From: a virus
Virus record (IMG/VR): IMGVR_UViG_3300025362_000007
Coordinates: 6,852 to 70,851 of that record
Length of the DNA stretch: 64,000 nucleotides
Reading direction: 5' to 3' (one strand)
Of the stretch, positions 1-9,829 are shown in pieces. Made by a program: the position numbers and the translations under genes. Position 1 is the first letter of the stretch, and the number at the start of each line of letters is the position of its first letter. The notes beneath the pieces were generated by a model. That model was not told the origin of the DNA. It saw only the letters and a list, made by a program, of their open reading frames with translations, and made no database searches.

Positions 1-25
1 AATTAAAAGCAGATATAATAAAGTT

Positions 26-2404
26 GTGGAACTAAAAATGACTAGGCAATTTATAGCCGCTAAGAAAGGAGATACCTATGTAGATTACACAATAAAACCT
101 ATAGAGATACTGACTTCTATACACGACATTAAAAATGTATTACTAACCATGGAAACAGAGAAAATAGTGGCATTTGACTATGAGACAACAGGTATTCAAC
201 CATACAAGAAAGGGCATGAAATTATTTGCATGAGTGTAGCTACTTCTCGTAAGGCATATGCGTTTGAAAATACCAAAGCTATACTTCCTTATATACAACA
301 TTTTTTAACTAGTGATGTACCTAAAGTAATGCACAATGCAAAATATGAATTGATATGGAGTAAAGAACTAGCTAAAGTAGATGTAAATAATGTAATAGCA
401 GATACTATGCTTATTGCTCATAGTATAGATAATACTCCTGGAACTGTAGGGCTAAAACCTCAGACATTCTTTAACTTTGGTGTTGCTGGTTATGATGATA
501 CTATTGCACCACTATTAAAAGCAAAAGATAAATCTGTGCATAGCTTTAATTCTTTATATTATATGAAGCAACAAGGAGAACTAACCTATGTAATGGAAGA
601 ACTTTTAACCTACTGTGCTTTCGATAGTTTGTATACTATATGGTTGTATGAAAAGCAATTAGAACAGATATTACCACACATGCAACAAGGGATTGATATA
701 TTCTTAGAAGCAACCAAGGTATTTGCTGAAATAGAATATAGAGGAATGAGAATTGACATTGATATTGTACGTAAAAACATAAAGTTACTTACACTAAAAA
801 TGCAAGAATTAAAAGAACAAATATATGCTACAGAAGAAGTTAAAGCATGGAACAGAGAAACAGAGTTTAATTTTAATAGTAATAAGGATATGGGAGTATT
901 ACTCTATGAAATATTAGGGTATACACCGTATAAGGAAACTTCTAGTGGAGCAAACAGCACAGACAAGGAAGCATTAGAAAAGATTATAGAAAAAGAAGGA
1001 AGTGAGTTCCTTGTATTACTATTGGAATATAAGAAATTAGTAAAAATGAGGGACACTTATCTAGTAGGATTAGAAAGTGGGACATTAGATGGATATATTA
1101 GACCTAGTTTTAATTTGCATACTGTGCAGACTTTCAGAAGTTGCTTGGTTGGCAACACACCAATATCTACTATTAATGATACTATCCCAATAAAAGACGT
1201 TTTTATAGGAACACATGTAATGTGTGTTGATGAGAATAATAAGATTGTGCATAGAAAAGTTATATGGAGTGGGCTTACGGGACGTAGAAAAGTAATTAAA
1301 TTAAAACTAATCTACGCAGATTGTGCAGAGAAAACACTGCTTTGCACCGAAGAACATAAATTAAGGTGTTCAGATGGCACATATATTCAAGCACAAGATT
1401 CGTTGGGACACGTTATAAAAGGAGAAACTATAAATTATGCTGTGATGGCGATAGAAGCATTACCAGATAAAGTAGATGTGTATGATATAGAAGTAGAAGA
1501 ATTACATAATTTCTTTGCTAATGGCATCTGTGTGCATAATTCATCCTCCAACCCAAACTTTCAAAACGTGCCAAAAAGAGATAAGTTAGCATCAACAATG
1601 ATACGTTCTGCTTTCATCCCTGACGAAGGTGCTTTTATAGAGGAACTGGACTTTAGTAGTTTAGAGGTAAACATTTCACAGTGTTATAACCAAGATAAAA
1701 ACTTACTCAAGTATCTAACAGATCCTTCACACAATATGCACACAGATAGTGCTTGCGACATATTCCTAAGAACCAAAGAAACAATGCTTAAAGAAGAAAG
1801 GAGAAATACCAAAGGCGGGTTTGTGTTTGCCCAATCATATGGTTCTACATTTAAGAATTGTGCTAAGAATATGTGGGATAATATGGGACAAGTAAGTAAG
1901 AAACATTTAGCATCGAAAGGGTGTGTTAACTTAGATAAGTTCACTGATATAGTAGAAGAAGCAGAATATCAATTTTGGAATGTACGATTCAAAAGGTGGG
2001 GCCAATGGAAGAAAGAGAATTGGAGTGAGTACCTTAAAAAGGGATATATAGATACTTATACAGGGTTCAGGTTAAATGCTCTCATGGGCTCTACACAGGC
2101 TTCTAATGCTGCAATACAGGGGAGTGCTACACACTGTCTGCTTTTTGTACTTATGTTCTTACATATCTATACTAAACAGTTAGGGTTGAAGTCAAGGATT
2201 ATAGGTCAAATTCATGACTCGATAGTTTTAAATTTATTTCCCGAAGAGGAAGAGATTATCCATAAAATAGTTAAATTGGGCTTAGATAGATTAAGAGATG
2301 AATGGAAATGGGTTACAGTACAATTAACAATGGACTATGAGCAAACTCCTGTGAATGGAGATTGGAGTCAATTAGAAGAGAAAGGCGAGATAAGGAGTAA
2401 ATAA
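26..2404 (+). CDS. polA: Family A DNA polymerase with 3'-5' exonuclease domain and a mini-intein; the frame is open to the window edge, so it may start upstream
   Basis: ExoI FDYETTG, ExoII HNAKYE, ExoIII YCAFD; SSSNPNFQN, motif A LDFSSLE, motif C QIHDSIV; no stop in this frame between base 2 and 26. Confidence 0.95.
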   Translation: MELKMTRQFIAAKKGDTYVDYTIKPIEILTSIHDIKNVLLTMETEKIVAFDYETTGIQPYKKGHEIICMSVATSRKAYAFENTKAILPYIQHFLTSDVPKVMHNAKYELIWSKELAKVDVNNVIADTMLIAHSIDNTPGTVGLKPQTFFNFGVAGYDDTIAPLLKAKDKSVHSFNSLYYMKQQGELTYVMEELLTYCAFDSLYTIWLYEKQLEQILPHMQQGIDIFLEATKVFAEIEYRGMRIDIDIVRKNIKLLTLKMQELKEQIYATEEVKAWNRETEFNFNSNKDMGVLLYEILGYTPYKETSSGANSTDKEALEKIIEKEGSEFLVLLLEYKKLVKMRDTYLVGLESGTLDGYIRPSFNLHTVQTFRSCLVGNTPISTINDTIPIKDVFIGTHVMCVDENNKIVHRKVIWSGLTGRRKVIKLKLIYADCAEKTLLCTEEHKLRCSDGTYIQAQDSLGHVIKGETINYAVMAIEALPDKVDVYDIEVEELHNFFANGICVHNSSSNPNFQNVPKRDKLASTMIRSAFIPDEGAFIEELDFSSLEVNISQCYNQDKNLLKYLTDPSHNMHTDSACDIFLRTKETMLKEERRNTKGGFVFAQSYGSTFKNCAKNMWDNMGQVSKKHLASKGCVNLDKFTDIVEEAEYQFWNVRFKRWGQWKKENWSEYLKKGYIDTYTGFRLNALMGSTQASNAAIQGSATHCLLFVLMFLHIYTKQLGLKSRIIGQIHDSIVLNLFPEEEEIIHKIVKLGLDRLRDEWKWVTVQLTMDYEQTPVNGDWSQLEEKGEIRSK
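1142..1540 (+). mobile_element. Mini-intein (133 aa, no homing endonuclease) in DNA polymerase
   Basis: Starts CLVGNT, block B TEEH, ends VYDIEVEELHNFFANGICVHN followed by Ser; removal restores TFRS-SSSNPNFQN. Confidence 0.93.
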
Positions 2405-3321
2405 TGGAGATGTGGCAGTTGCAACAAAGGCAATCTTTACCTTTGGCACAAAAAATAGTTCTTTCACAGCAAAGAATAAAACAATGGTATTCTCATTACC
2501 AAGGGGATGTATATGTCTCATTTTCGGGGGGCAAAGATTCCACTGTGTTGCTACATTTAGTTCGCCAAATATACCCAAAAGTGCCTGCTGTTTTTATAGA
2601 CACGGGGCTTGAGTATCCAGAAATACGAGAATTTGTCAAAACTATCGATAATGTGGTGTGGGTAAAGCCCAAAGTGAATTTTAGGGATGTATTAGATAAA
2701 TATGGCTTTCCTATTATTAGCAAAGAAAATGCACAAAAAATAGCAGAGATAAGAAACACTAGTTCAGAAAAACTAAAAGAAAAAAGAATGTATGGTGACG
2801 ATAAAGGCAATGGTAAATTAGCTAACAAATGGAGATATGTTATAAATGCCCCTTTTAAAGTATCTGATAGATGTTGTCATATTATGAAGAAGTCGCCTAT
2901 CAAAACATATGAACATAAAACAGGTAATAAGCCTTATGTTGGTACAATGGCAGTAGACTCAAGTTTAAGAAATACTTCATACTTACAGCACGGGTGTAAT
3001 TCGTTTGATGGTAATCGACCTATGTCAACCCCCATAGCTTTTTGGAGAGAAAGAGACATCTGGCAATATATTGACGAATTAGAATTACCCTATTCTAAAA
3101 TATATGACATGGGATATGAGAGAACTGGTTGTATGTTTTGTATGTTTGGGGTACATTTAGAAGGACAACCTAATAGATTTCAAAAAATGGCAATAACACA
3201 TCCTAAACAATATGATTATTGTATAAATAAATTAGGTTGCGGAGAAGTTATGAATTTTATAGGAGTACCCTATAAAGAAAAAGTAAAAATAGAAAATCAT
3301 TCATTTTTTAATGAAGAATAA
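2404..3321 (+). CDS. PAPS reductase family (PP-loop) protein, probably Fe-S
   Basis: SFSGGKDS, DTGLE, RCC and ERTGCMFC motifs. Confidence 0.88.
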   Translation: MEMWQLQQRQSLPLAQKIVLSQQRIKQWYSHYQGDVYVSFSGGKDSTVLLHLVRQIYPKVPAVFIDTGLEYPEIREFVKTIDNVVWVKPKVNFRDVLDKYGFPIISKENAQKIAEIRNTSSEKLKEKRMYGDDKGNGKLANKWRYVINAPFKVSDRCCHIMKKSPIKTYEHKTGNKPYVGTMAVDSSLRNTSYLQHGCNSFDGNRPMSTPIAFWRERDIWQYIDELELPYSKIYDMGYERTGCMFCMFGVHLEGQPNRFQKMAITHPKQYDYCINKLGCGEVMNFIGVPYKEKVKIENHSFFNEE

Positions 3322-3337
3322 GTAAGGAGTAAATAAA

Positions 3338-4054
3338 ATGAGACGATTAGTATTAGGAGATATACACGCGGCGTACAAAGCCCTAGTAGATGTGTTAGCT
3401 AAAGCTAAGTTCAATCCAGATAAGGATTTATTAATTGGGATTGGTGATTATGTAGATGGTTATTCAGAAAGTTATAAAGTTGTTGAGTATTTACGTACAC
3501 TGCCTAACTTCATAGGGGTAAAAGGGAATCACGAAGAAATGGCCATTCCTTGGTTGTTAAGTGAGGGAAATAAAGATTATGAAATACCTCTATGGGTGAC
3601 TCAAGGTGGGCAGGCTACTATAAATAGTTATTTCTCTCTTGATGAGATGGCAAAGATGAAAAAACATGGTGCGTTTCTAGATTCACTCCCTTACTATATA
3701 GAATTAGATAACATGTTGTTTGTTCATGGAGGATACAATCCTAATTACCCAATAAGTGAACAGGATGTGTGGGACTTAACATGGGATAGAAGTTTATATG
3801 CATACCATGCAATTTGTAAACATTATAATAACCCCACTTCTACTGAACCCTATGATAAAATTTTTGTAGGTCATTCTCAAACTTATCACGGGAGTGGCGA
3901 TTCAAAACCATTTACTTACAACAACTTTTGGAATATAGACCAGACTGCTGGTTGGGGTGGAGTACTATCTTTAGTTGATATAGACACAGAAGAGTATTGG
4001 CAGAGCACATCTACTTCTATCCTATATCCACACGAACAAAGGAGAGAAAAATGA
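3338..4054 (+). CDS. Ser/Thr protein phosphatase-like metallophosphoesterase
   Basis: GDIH, GDYVD, GNHE, VHGG, GHS motifs. Confidence 0.9.
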   Translation: MRRLVLGDIHAAYKALVDVLAKAKFNPDKDLLIGIGDYVDGYSESYKVVEYLRTLPNFIGVKGNHEEMAIPWLLSEGNKDYEIPLWVTQGGQATINSYFSLDEMAKMKKHGAFLDSLPYYIELDNMLFVHGGYNPNYPISEQDVWDLTWDRSLYAYHAICKHYNNPTSTEPYDKIFVGHSQTYHGSGDSKPFTYNNFWNIDQTAGWGGVLSLVDIDTEEYWQSTSTSILYPHEQRREK

Positions 4055-4305
4055 ACTTGACAGATAGAATAAAGTACTCTATACTAGAGTTCCATCCATT
4101 GTTATACGTTAAGTCTTTATTTGTGAAGAAGAATGAAGGGAAGATACCGTTAGGATTTTATTGCTATGATAGTACTTCTTGTGAGTATTTATCTACGCAC
4201 AAGAGGTTTGGGGACACGTTTAATTGGTGTTCATATTGTAGACGATCAGATTGTATGTTGTTGGATGATGAGTGCAAAATATGCGGGGTAGATGAGGAAT
4301 GGTAG
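4051..4305 (+). CDS. Hypothetical Cys-rich protein
   Basis: AAGGAG RBS before ATG 4051, several CxxC motifs, overlaps both neighbours. Confidence 0.6.
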   Translation: MNLTDRIKYSILEFHPLLYVKSLFVKKNEGKIPLGFYCYDSTSCEYLSTHKRFGDTFNWCSYCRRSDCMLLDDECKICGVDEEW

Positions 4306-4880
4306 AAATTAGTAATGTAGAAGTTTTTGGATTAGAAAGAAGTGCAAGAGCAAGTGGGTATCCTATGCTCACATCTATTAAAGCACAAGAAGTTAATGAA
4401 GTTAAAGATTATGCTAGAATGGGTAAGTTAGCAAAAGTGCCTACAGGTAGTGGGCATGACAATGCTTTGAAGGGTGTAAGAGTTATGTTCGATATAAATT
4501 ATCCTCAATATTTTACACCACAATTACAAAGATATAATTTTATAGATATTATTTCAAGCCAAAGCAAAATGCATAAATTGGTAAAGATGGATATTGATAA
4601 AAGTTGTAATAAATATGTTACCAATGAAATATTAAGCATAGTAGACATATACAAACAAGATTATATAGATAATCCTTCTTATAAGAATTTTATGAGACTG
4701 TTGAGCAACACCCCACTGGGTTTCGAGCTTACCATGCGCATATCTACTAACTACTTGCAGTTAAAGACTATATATCAACAAAGGAAAAATCATAAATTGA
4801 AAGAAGATTGGGGTTCGTTTCGTGATATGATTAAAGCACTACCACATAGTGAGTGGATAACAGGAGAAGCAAATGGCTAA
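4299..4880 (+). CDS. Phage protein, possibly ThyX-like fold
   Basis: SGHDNALK, QLQRY, SQS and NYLQL...QRKNH loosely resemble ThyX motifs; canonical RHR absent. Confidence 0.4.
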   Translation: MVEISNVEVFGLERSARASGYPMLTSIKAQEVNEVKDYARMGKLAKVPTGSGHDNALKGVRVMFDINYPQYFTPQLQRYNFIDIISSQSKMHKLVKMDIDKSCNKYVTNEILSIVDIYKQDYIDNPSYKNFMRLLSNTPLGFELTMRISTNYLQLKTIYQQRKNHKLKEDWGSFRDMIKALPHSEWITGEANG

Positions 4881-5280
4881 AAATCTCAAAGTACACTTTA
4901 CGAGTGCATCAGACCAATATAGTACACCTACAGATGTTTACGAAAAACTAAACAAGGAATTTCACTTTGACTTTGACCCTTGTCCACTAGCAGATCCTCC
5001 GTTATTTGATGGGCTATCTACTGATTGGGGGGGGGTAAACTACGTAAACCCTCCATATTCACAAATAAAACTATGGTGCAAGAAAGCGTACGAAGAGTGG
5101 CAAAAGGGGAAAACTGTAGTGATGTTGATTCCATCGAGAACAGATACGAGATATTGGCATGATTATATTATGAAGGCGACAGAGATACGATTCATAAAAG
5201 GTAGATTAAAGTTTGGTGGAATGAAGAACTCAGCCCCGTTTCCATCAGCAATAATAATTTTTAAACACCCTATATGTTGA
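4873..5280 (+). CDS. Phage Dam-type DNA N6-adenine methyltransferase
   Basis: YSTP, FDFDPC, NPPYS, LIPSRTDT, FIKGRLKF, APFPS motifs. Confidence 0.88.
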   Translation: MAKNLKVHFTSASDQYSTPTDVYEKLNKEFHFDFDPCPLADPPLFDGLSTDWGGVNYVNPPYSQIKLWCKKAYEEWQKGKTVVMLIPSRTDTRYWHDYIMKATEIRFIKGRLKFGGMKNSAPFPSAIIIFKHPIC

Positions 5281-5378
5281 CTTCATCACATAGCGGGGGC
5301 TAAAAACACAGAAAAGGTCTGTAAAATGTTGTATTATATAGACATAACAATGAGGATTAAAAAAGGAGAAACGAGAAG

Positions 5379-6065
5379 ATGAATACAGTACACCTGATCG
5401 ACAACATGGAATTTATGAAGGGGATATCGGATAAGTATTTCGAGCTGGCGATAATCGATCCGCCGTATGGGATTGGTATGGATAACTCTAATAAACGTAC
5501 AAAACCGTCAAGACCAAATAGTTATACTGATTATCCAGATTTTAGATACCATGAGTCTAAATGGGATAACTCTATACCGACAAAAGAATATTTTGATGAA
5601 TTGTTTAGGATATCAGTAAACCAAATAATATGGGGAGCAAATTACATGTGCCAATATCTACCATCAGGGTATGGTTGGATTTTCTGGAACAAACTTAACG
5701 GAGAAAATAACTGTTTTTCAGACGGCGAATTTGCCTTCGCTTCTAGGGGAGTGCAAAGCAGATATATTGCTATATCTCAATTCGATAAATTAAGGGGTGG
5801 TAAGGATAGAATCCACCCCACCCAGAAACCTGTTTCCCTATATAAGTTTCTACTCAAAAACTACGCCAAGCCCAATGACAAGATATTTGACAGTCATGTT
5901 GGAAGTGGCTCAAGCCGTATAGCTTGTTACGATATGGGGTTTGATTTCGAGGGTTGTGAGCTTGACCCCGATTATTGGAAAGCTCAAGAGGAACGATTCG
6001 AACAACATACAATGCAAGGGGATTTGTTCTCAGGCTCAGACCTGCAGGAATTAATCTATACTTGA
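5379..6065 (+). CDS. N4/N6 DNA methyltransferase (beta class)
   Basis: DPPYG, HPTQKP, DSHVGSGSS motifs. Confidence 0.92.
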   Translation: MNTVHLIDNMEFMKGISDKYFELAIIDPPYGIGMDNSNKRTKPSRPNSYTDYPDFRYHESKWDNSIPTKEYFDELFRISVNQIIWGANYMCQYLPSGYGWIFWNKLNGENNCFSDGEFAFASRGVQSRYIAISQFDKLRGGKDRIHPTQKPVSLYKFLLKNYAKPNDKIFDSHVGSGSSRIACYDMGFDFEGCELDPDYWKAQEERFEQHTMQGDLFSGSDLQELIYT

Positions 6066-6090
6066 CATTACGGTATGGCGGTGGTACAAT
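6062..6090 (+). promoter_or_regulatory. Sigma70-type promoter
   Basis: TTGACA-17-TACAAT with extended -10 TG. Confidence 0.75.
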
Positions 6091-6109
6091 GAAATAAAGG
6101 AGAAGTAAA

Positions 6110-6784
6110 TTGAAAGTCTTAGAGTTGTTTTGTGGGACTAAGTCCATAAGCAAAGAGTTCAAGAAAGCAGGGCATGAAACCTACACAGTAGATTGGAATG
6201 TTGAGTTCAATCCTACATTGCAAGCAGACATCTCTACACTCACAAAAGAACAAGTGTTAGAATTGTGTGAAGGGTATCCTGATGTTATATGGATTTCTCC
6301 AGATTGTACCAGCTATTCTGTTGCGGCAATATATCGACATAGGAAAAAAGAAGCAAATGGTAATTTAAAAGCCACTAGTGAGTATGCTAAATTTTGTGAT
6401 ATGACAAATGCACATGTGCTTGATTTAGTAAAAGAACTAAACCCTAAATATTACTTTATAGAAAATCCTAGAGGTGCTTTACGTAAGATGAATTTTATGC
6501 AAGAATTACCTAGGTATACACTGACATATTGTCAATACGGAGATACTAGACAAAAGCCTACAGACATATGGACAAACCATCCAAACCCAAGGTTCAAGCC
6601 TATGTGCAAGCCAGGAGCTCCTTGCCATGTAGCGGCCCCTAGAGGCTCACGTACTGGCACACAAGGAATTAAAGGCGCTAGGGACAGAGCAATCATTCCA
6701 GAAGCCCTGTGCAAGCACATAGTAGAAATAAGTGAAGAATCCCTAGACGAAGTACAATCCACAACTTTCTTCAATATTAATTAA
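6110..6784 (+). CDS. Small C5-cytosine methyltransferase-like protein
   Basis: LELFCGT (motif I), SPDC (IV-like), IENP (VI). Confidence 0.8.
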   Translation: MKVLELFCGTKSISKEFKKAGHETYTVDWNVEFNPTLQADISTLTKEQVLELCEGYPDVIWISPDCTSYSVAAIYRHRKKEANGNLKATSEYAKFCDMTNAHVLDLVKELNPKYYFIENPRGALRKMNFMQELPRYTLTYCQYGDTRQKPTDIWTNHPNPRFKPMCKPGAPCHVAAPRGSRTGTQGIKGARDRAIIPEALCKHIVEISEESLDEVQSTTFFNIN

Positions 6785-6841
6785 AATAGTGCTTGTGTAT
6801 CTACACTAAGTATGATATAGTTGTACTTGAAGGAGAAAGAA

Positions 6842-7060
6842 ATGGAAAATGAAGAATATACTACTATAATAGTTACAAAAGAAGAACTTTCTGTTGTACT
6901 CAAAACTCTATTAGCTTTTAGGTATATGGGCAATACTAGCGAAAGTAAAGCAATCCACAGTATGCTCGATAAAATAGACAGAATATACGAGGCAAGATAC
7001 AAACAAAAGAAAGTAGAAGTACAACGGATGGATATATTAAAGGAATGTAATGAAAAGTAA
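6842..7060 (+). CDS. Hypothetical protein
   Basis: AAGGAG RBS before ATG 6842. Confidence 0.55.
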   Translation: MENEEYTTIIVTKEELSVVLKTLLAFRYMGNTSESKAIHSMLDKIDRIYEARYKQKKVEVQRMDILKECNEK

Positions 7061-7400
7061 AGCACAACAATTTACCGATATGGTAAGAAAATGGCAAAAG
7101 GAACTAGGATTGATGTCTTGGGAAATATTTATAGAAAGTGGGGTATCTGATGAAAATAGAGCATGGGTGAATGTCCATGCTTCAGGGTTGATTGCTACAG
7201 TATCCTATAATAAAAAATGGATACAAACAGCAAACAAAGATGAATTAGAAAGGGTAGCTTTCCACGAATGTTTCGAGATATTAATGATGAATATTGATAT
7301 GGATATGCGTAAATATTATTCAACTACACATATAGAAACTAAAATTCACGAAATTATTAGAACCATGGAGAATGTTATACTAGGACAAAAGGGGGTATAA
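7050..7400 (+). CDS. Hypothetical protein, possible zincin-like (HExxE)
   Basis: AFHECFE motif; operon packing. Confidence 0.45.
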   Translation: MKSKAQQFTDMVRKWQKELGLMSWEIFIESGVSDENRAWVNVHASGLIATVSYNKKWIQTANKDELERVAFHECFEILMMNIDMDMRKYYSTTHIETKIHEIIRTMENVILGQKGV

Positions 7401-7401
7401 A

Positions 7402-7614
7402 ATGAATATTGAATGGGAATACAAGTACAGGAGTTGCAGTGCTATAATTGGCAACTACACTTTAACAATAAACAGAGGGGCATATAATTTTATATGGCTA
7501 GTAGAAAAAGATGATAAAGAAGTTGCTACGGGAATAACCAATGAGTACGACACTGCCAGAGAGCTGTGTAGCATAGTAGTAGAGAAACTAGTAAAAGCAG
7601 AATATAAAGTATAA
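7402..7614 (+). CDS. Hypothetical protein
   Basis: Operon packing. Confidence 0.55.
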   Translation: MNIEWEYKYRSCSAIIGNYTLTINRGAYNFIWLVEKDDKEVATGITNEYDTARELCSIVVEKLVKAEYKV

Positions 7615-7623
7615 GGAGTAGAA

Positions 7624-7935
7624 ATGAAGATAGATGAAATCGTAAATAGTTGTTGGGCGTTTGAGGCTGACAAGATGGTAAAAGCAGAAGCAAATAGGGC
7701 TGTGTACAACAAGTACAAGCATTTGGTAAAAAGATACAGAGAACACTTATCACAAGAAGAGTTAGATAATTTTATTTGCATCAAATCTAAAATGCCCACT
7801 TATACTACAGCCCATTATGAGGTGAGAACTAACATCATTTGCAGTAATGATCTTAAAGCATTGATGTGTGATGGGGGTAACTTGTGTTTTGGCTATAGTT
7901 CAAGTGGAATTAATTTTAATATTCATACAGATTAA
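7624..7935 (+). CDS. Hypothetical protein
   Basis: AAGGAGTAGAA RBS. Confidence 0.6.
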   Translation: MKIDEIVNSCWAFEADKMVKAEANRAVYNKYKHLVKRYREHLSQEELDNFICIKSKMPTYTTAHYEVRTNIICSNDLKALMCDGGNLCFGYSSSGINFNIHTD

Positions 7936-7945
7936 GGAGTAGAAT

Positions 7946-8530
7946 ATGTTGGTGGTAGTGACAGGTAAAAAAAGAAGCGGTAAAGATACGTTGGGTGATT
8001 ATTTAGTTGATACATATGGGTGCGCAAAAGCTAGACCATTGGCAGTATTCAAAGAAGCATTTACATCTTGGTTCGATTGGGATGAACGACATATGAATGG
8101 GGAACTAAAAGAAGTAGTCGATGAAAGGTGGGGGTTCAGTCCACGTAGGTTGATGCAAGTTTTTGGTACTGAATTGATGAAATATGATTTAGGTGATAGG
8201 TTGCCACAGTATCGTGAAACTTGTGCTTATGATATTTGGGTACAGAGTTTTCTAATATGGTATTTGAAACAAGATAGGAATAGAGATTATGTATTGACAG
8301 ATATGAGGTTTCCAAATGAGCAAGATAGAATAAAAGACGAATTGAAAGATGAAGTTGTATTTGTGAAAACTATTTCAGATAGAAGTCCACAAGATGAACA
8401 CGAAAGTGAAAGTTATTTTGACCAACTCACATCAGACTTTTCTATTGTAAATAATGGTTGGGATACATACAAGGAATACTACACTAATATAGATAGCTTA
8501 ATGGATAATATTAAATGGTTGAGGGGATAA
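7946..8530 (+). CDS. Deoxynucleoside monophosphate kinase (T4 gp1-like)
   Basis: GKKRSGKDT, SPRRLMQVFGTE, TDMRFPNE, HESE. Confidence 0.9.
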   Translation: MLVVVTGKKRSGKDTLGDYLVDTYGCAKARPLAVFKEAFTSWFDWDERHMNGELKEVVDERWGFSPRRLMQVFGTELMKYDLGDRLPQYRETCAYDIWVQSFLIWYLKQDRNRDYVLTDMRFPNEQDRIKDELKDEVVFVKTISDRSPQDEHESESYFDQLTSDFSIVNNGWDTYKEYYTNIDSLMDNIKWLRG

Positions 8531-8531
8531 A

Positions 8532-9788
8532 ATGAACGTACTAAGTTTGTTCGATGGAATTTCCGTAGGAAGGGTAGCTCTAGAAAAAGCCAACATACAG
8601 GTAGATAAATATTACTCTAGTGAGATAGATAAATACGCTATTCAAGTAGCAGATAATAATTGGTCAAATAATATAAAGCTAGGCGATGTTACTAAGTGGA
8701 AAGAATGGGATATTGATTGGGCTAGTATCGATCTACTCATTGGGGGAAGTCCCTGCACCGGGTTCAGTTTTTCAGGCAAACAATTAAACTTTAATGACCC
8801 CCAAAGTAAACTATTCTTTGTGTACGCAGATATACTTCATCATTTACAGAAAGTAAATCCTAATGTGAAATTCTTATTAGAAAATGTAAAGATGAAAAAA
8901 GAATATCAAGATAAAATAAGTGAAATTATAGGAGTAGAACCTGTAGAAATAAATAGTGCCCTGCTCTCAGCTCAATCAAGACGCAGGCTATATTGGAAAA
9001 ACTGGTATGTACCACAACCAGAGGATAAGGGAATTATGTTAAAAGATATTGTGCATGAGAATACCTGGACGGACGCAGACAAATCATATTGTATTGATGC
9101 TAATTACTGGAAAGGTGGAAATGCCAAACAATATTATGAGAAAGCTAGGAGGCAGCAAGTATACGATAAGTTGAAAGAGTACATCGTCCCTTTCGACAAA
9201 ACACTAAAGATACTAGACAAGGAAGTAGAACGTGGTAAAGTGGGGTATTTTAGAAAAGACTCACAAGCCAACAGAGTATATTATATCCACGATAAAGCAG
9301 TTACACTCACAGGAGAAGCTGGTGGTGGGGCAGCTAAGATGGGGCAATATTTATTTGCAGACATTACAAAGAATTATTTGCAATATGATTTGTCGGGTAA
9401 AGGGCATAAAAGCCAAGACCAAAGGGCATATTATTTAGATGGTAAACATGGAACATTGCCTGCTACTGGGGGAGAAACTAAATGTAAGGTATTATTTGGT
9501 TGTATCACACCAGACAGAGTAGAAAAACGACAGAACGGGCAACGATTTAGCGAAGGTAAGAAATTCTACACACTTACAGCACAGGATCAACATGGAATAT
9601 TGATAGAAGGCTACATACGGAAACTTACTCCAATAGAAGCAGAGAGACTGCAAACATTGCCAGATAACTATACAGAGGGAATAAGCAATTCGCAACGTTA
9701 TAAGTGTTTAGGCAACTCGTTTACATCAGATGTGATAGCACACATACTGAGTAATATAGATAACACAGATAATATTTCATTTTTTTAA
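8532..9788 (+). CDS. C5-cytosine DNA methyltransferase with long repetitive variable region
   Basis: LSLFDG, GGSPC, LENV, QSRRRLYW, RKLTPIEAERLQT, LGNS. Confidence 0.93.
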   Translation: MNVLSLFDGISVGRVALEKANIQVDKYYSSEIDKYAIQVADNNWSNNIKLGDVTKWKEWDIDWASIDLLIGGSPCTGFSFSGKQLNFNDPQSKLFFVYADILHHLQKVNPNVKFLLENVKMKKEYQDKISEIIGVEPVEINSALLSAQSRRRLYWKNWYVPQPEDKGIMLKDIVHENTWTDADKSYCIDANYWKGGNAKQYYEKARRQQVYDKLKEYIVPFDKTLKILDKEVERGKVGYFRKDSQANRVYYIHDKAVTLTGEAGGGAAKMGQYLFADITKNYLQYDLSGKGHKSQDQRAYYLDGKHGTLPATGGETKCKVLFGCITPDRVEKRQNGQRFSEGKKFYTLTAQDQHGILIEGYIRKLTPIEAERLQTLPDNYTEGISNSQRYKCLGNSFTSDVIAHILSNIDNTDNISFF

Positions 9789-9797
9789 AGAGGTATA

Positions 9798-9826
9798 TTG
9801 ACACTTTTACAAAAATTGTATATATT
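9798..9826 (+). promoter_or_regulatory. Sigma70-type promoter for the downstream non-coding RNA
   Basis: TTGACA-17-TATATT followed by an ORF-free structured region. Confidence 0.7.
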
Positions 9827-9829
9827 AGG

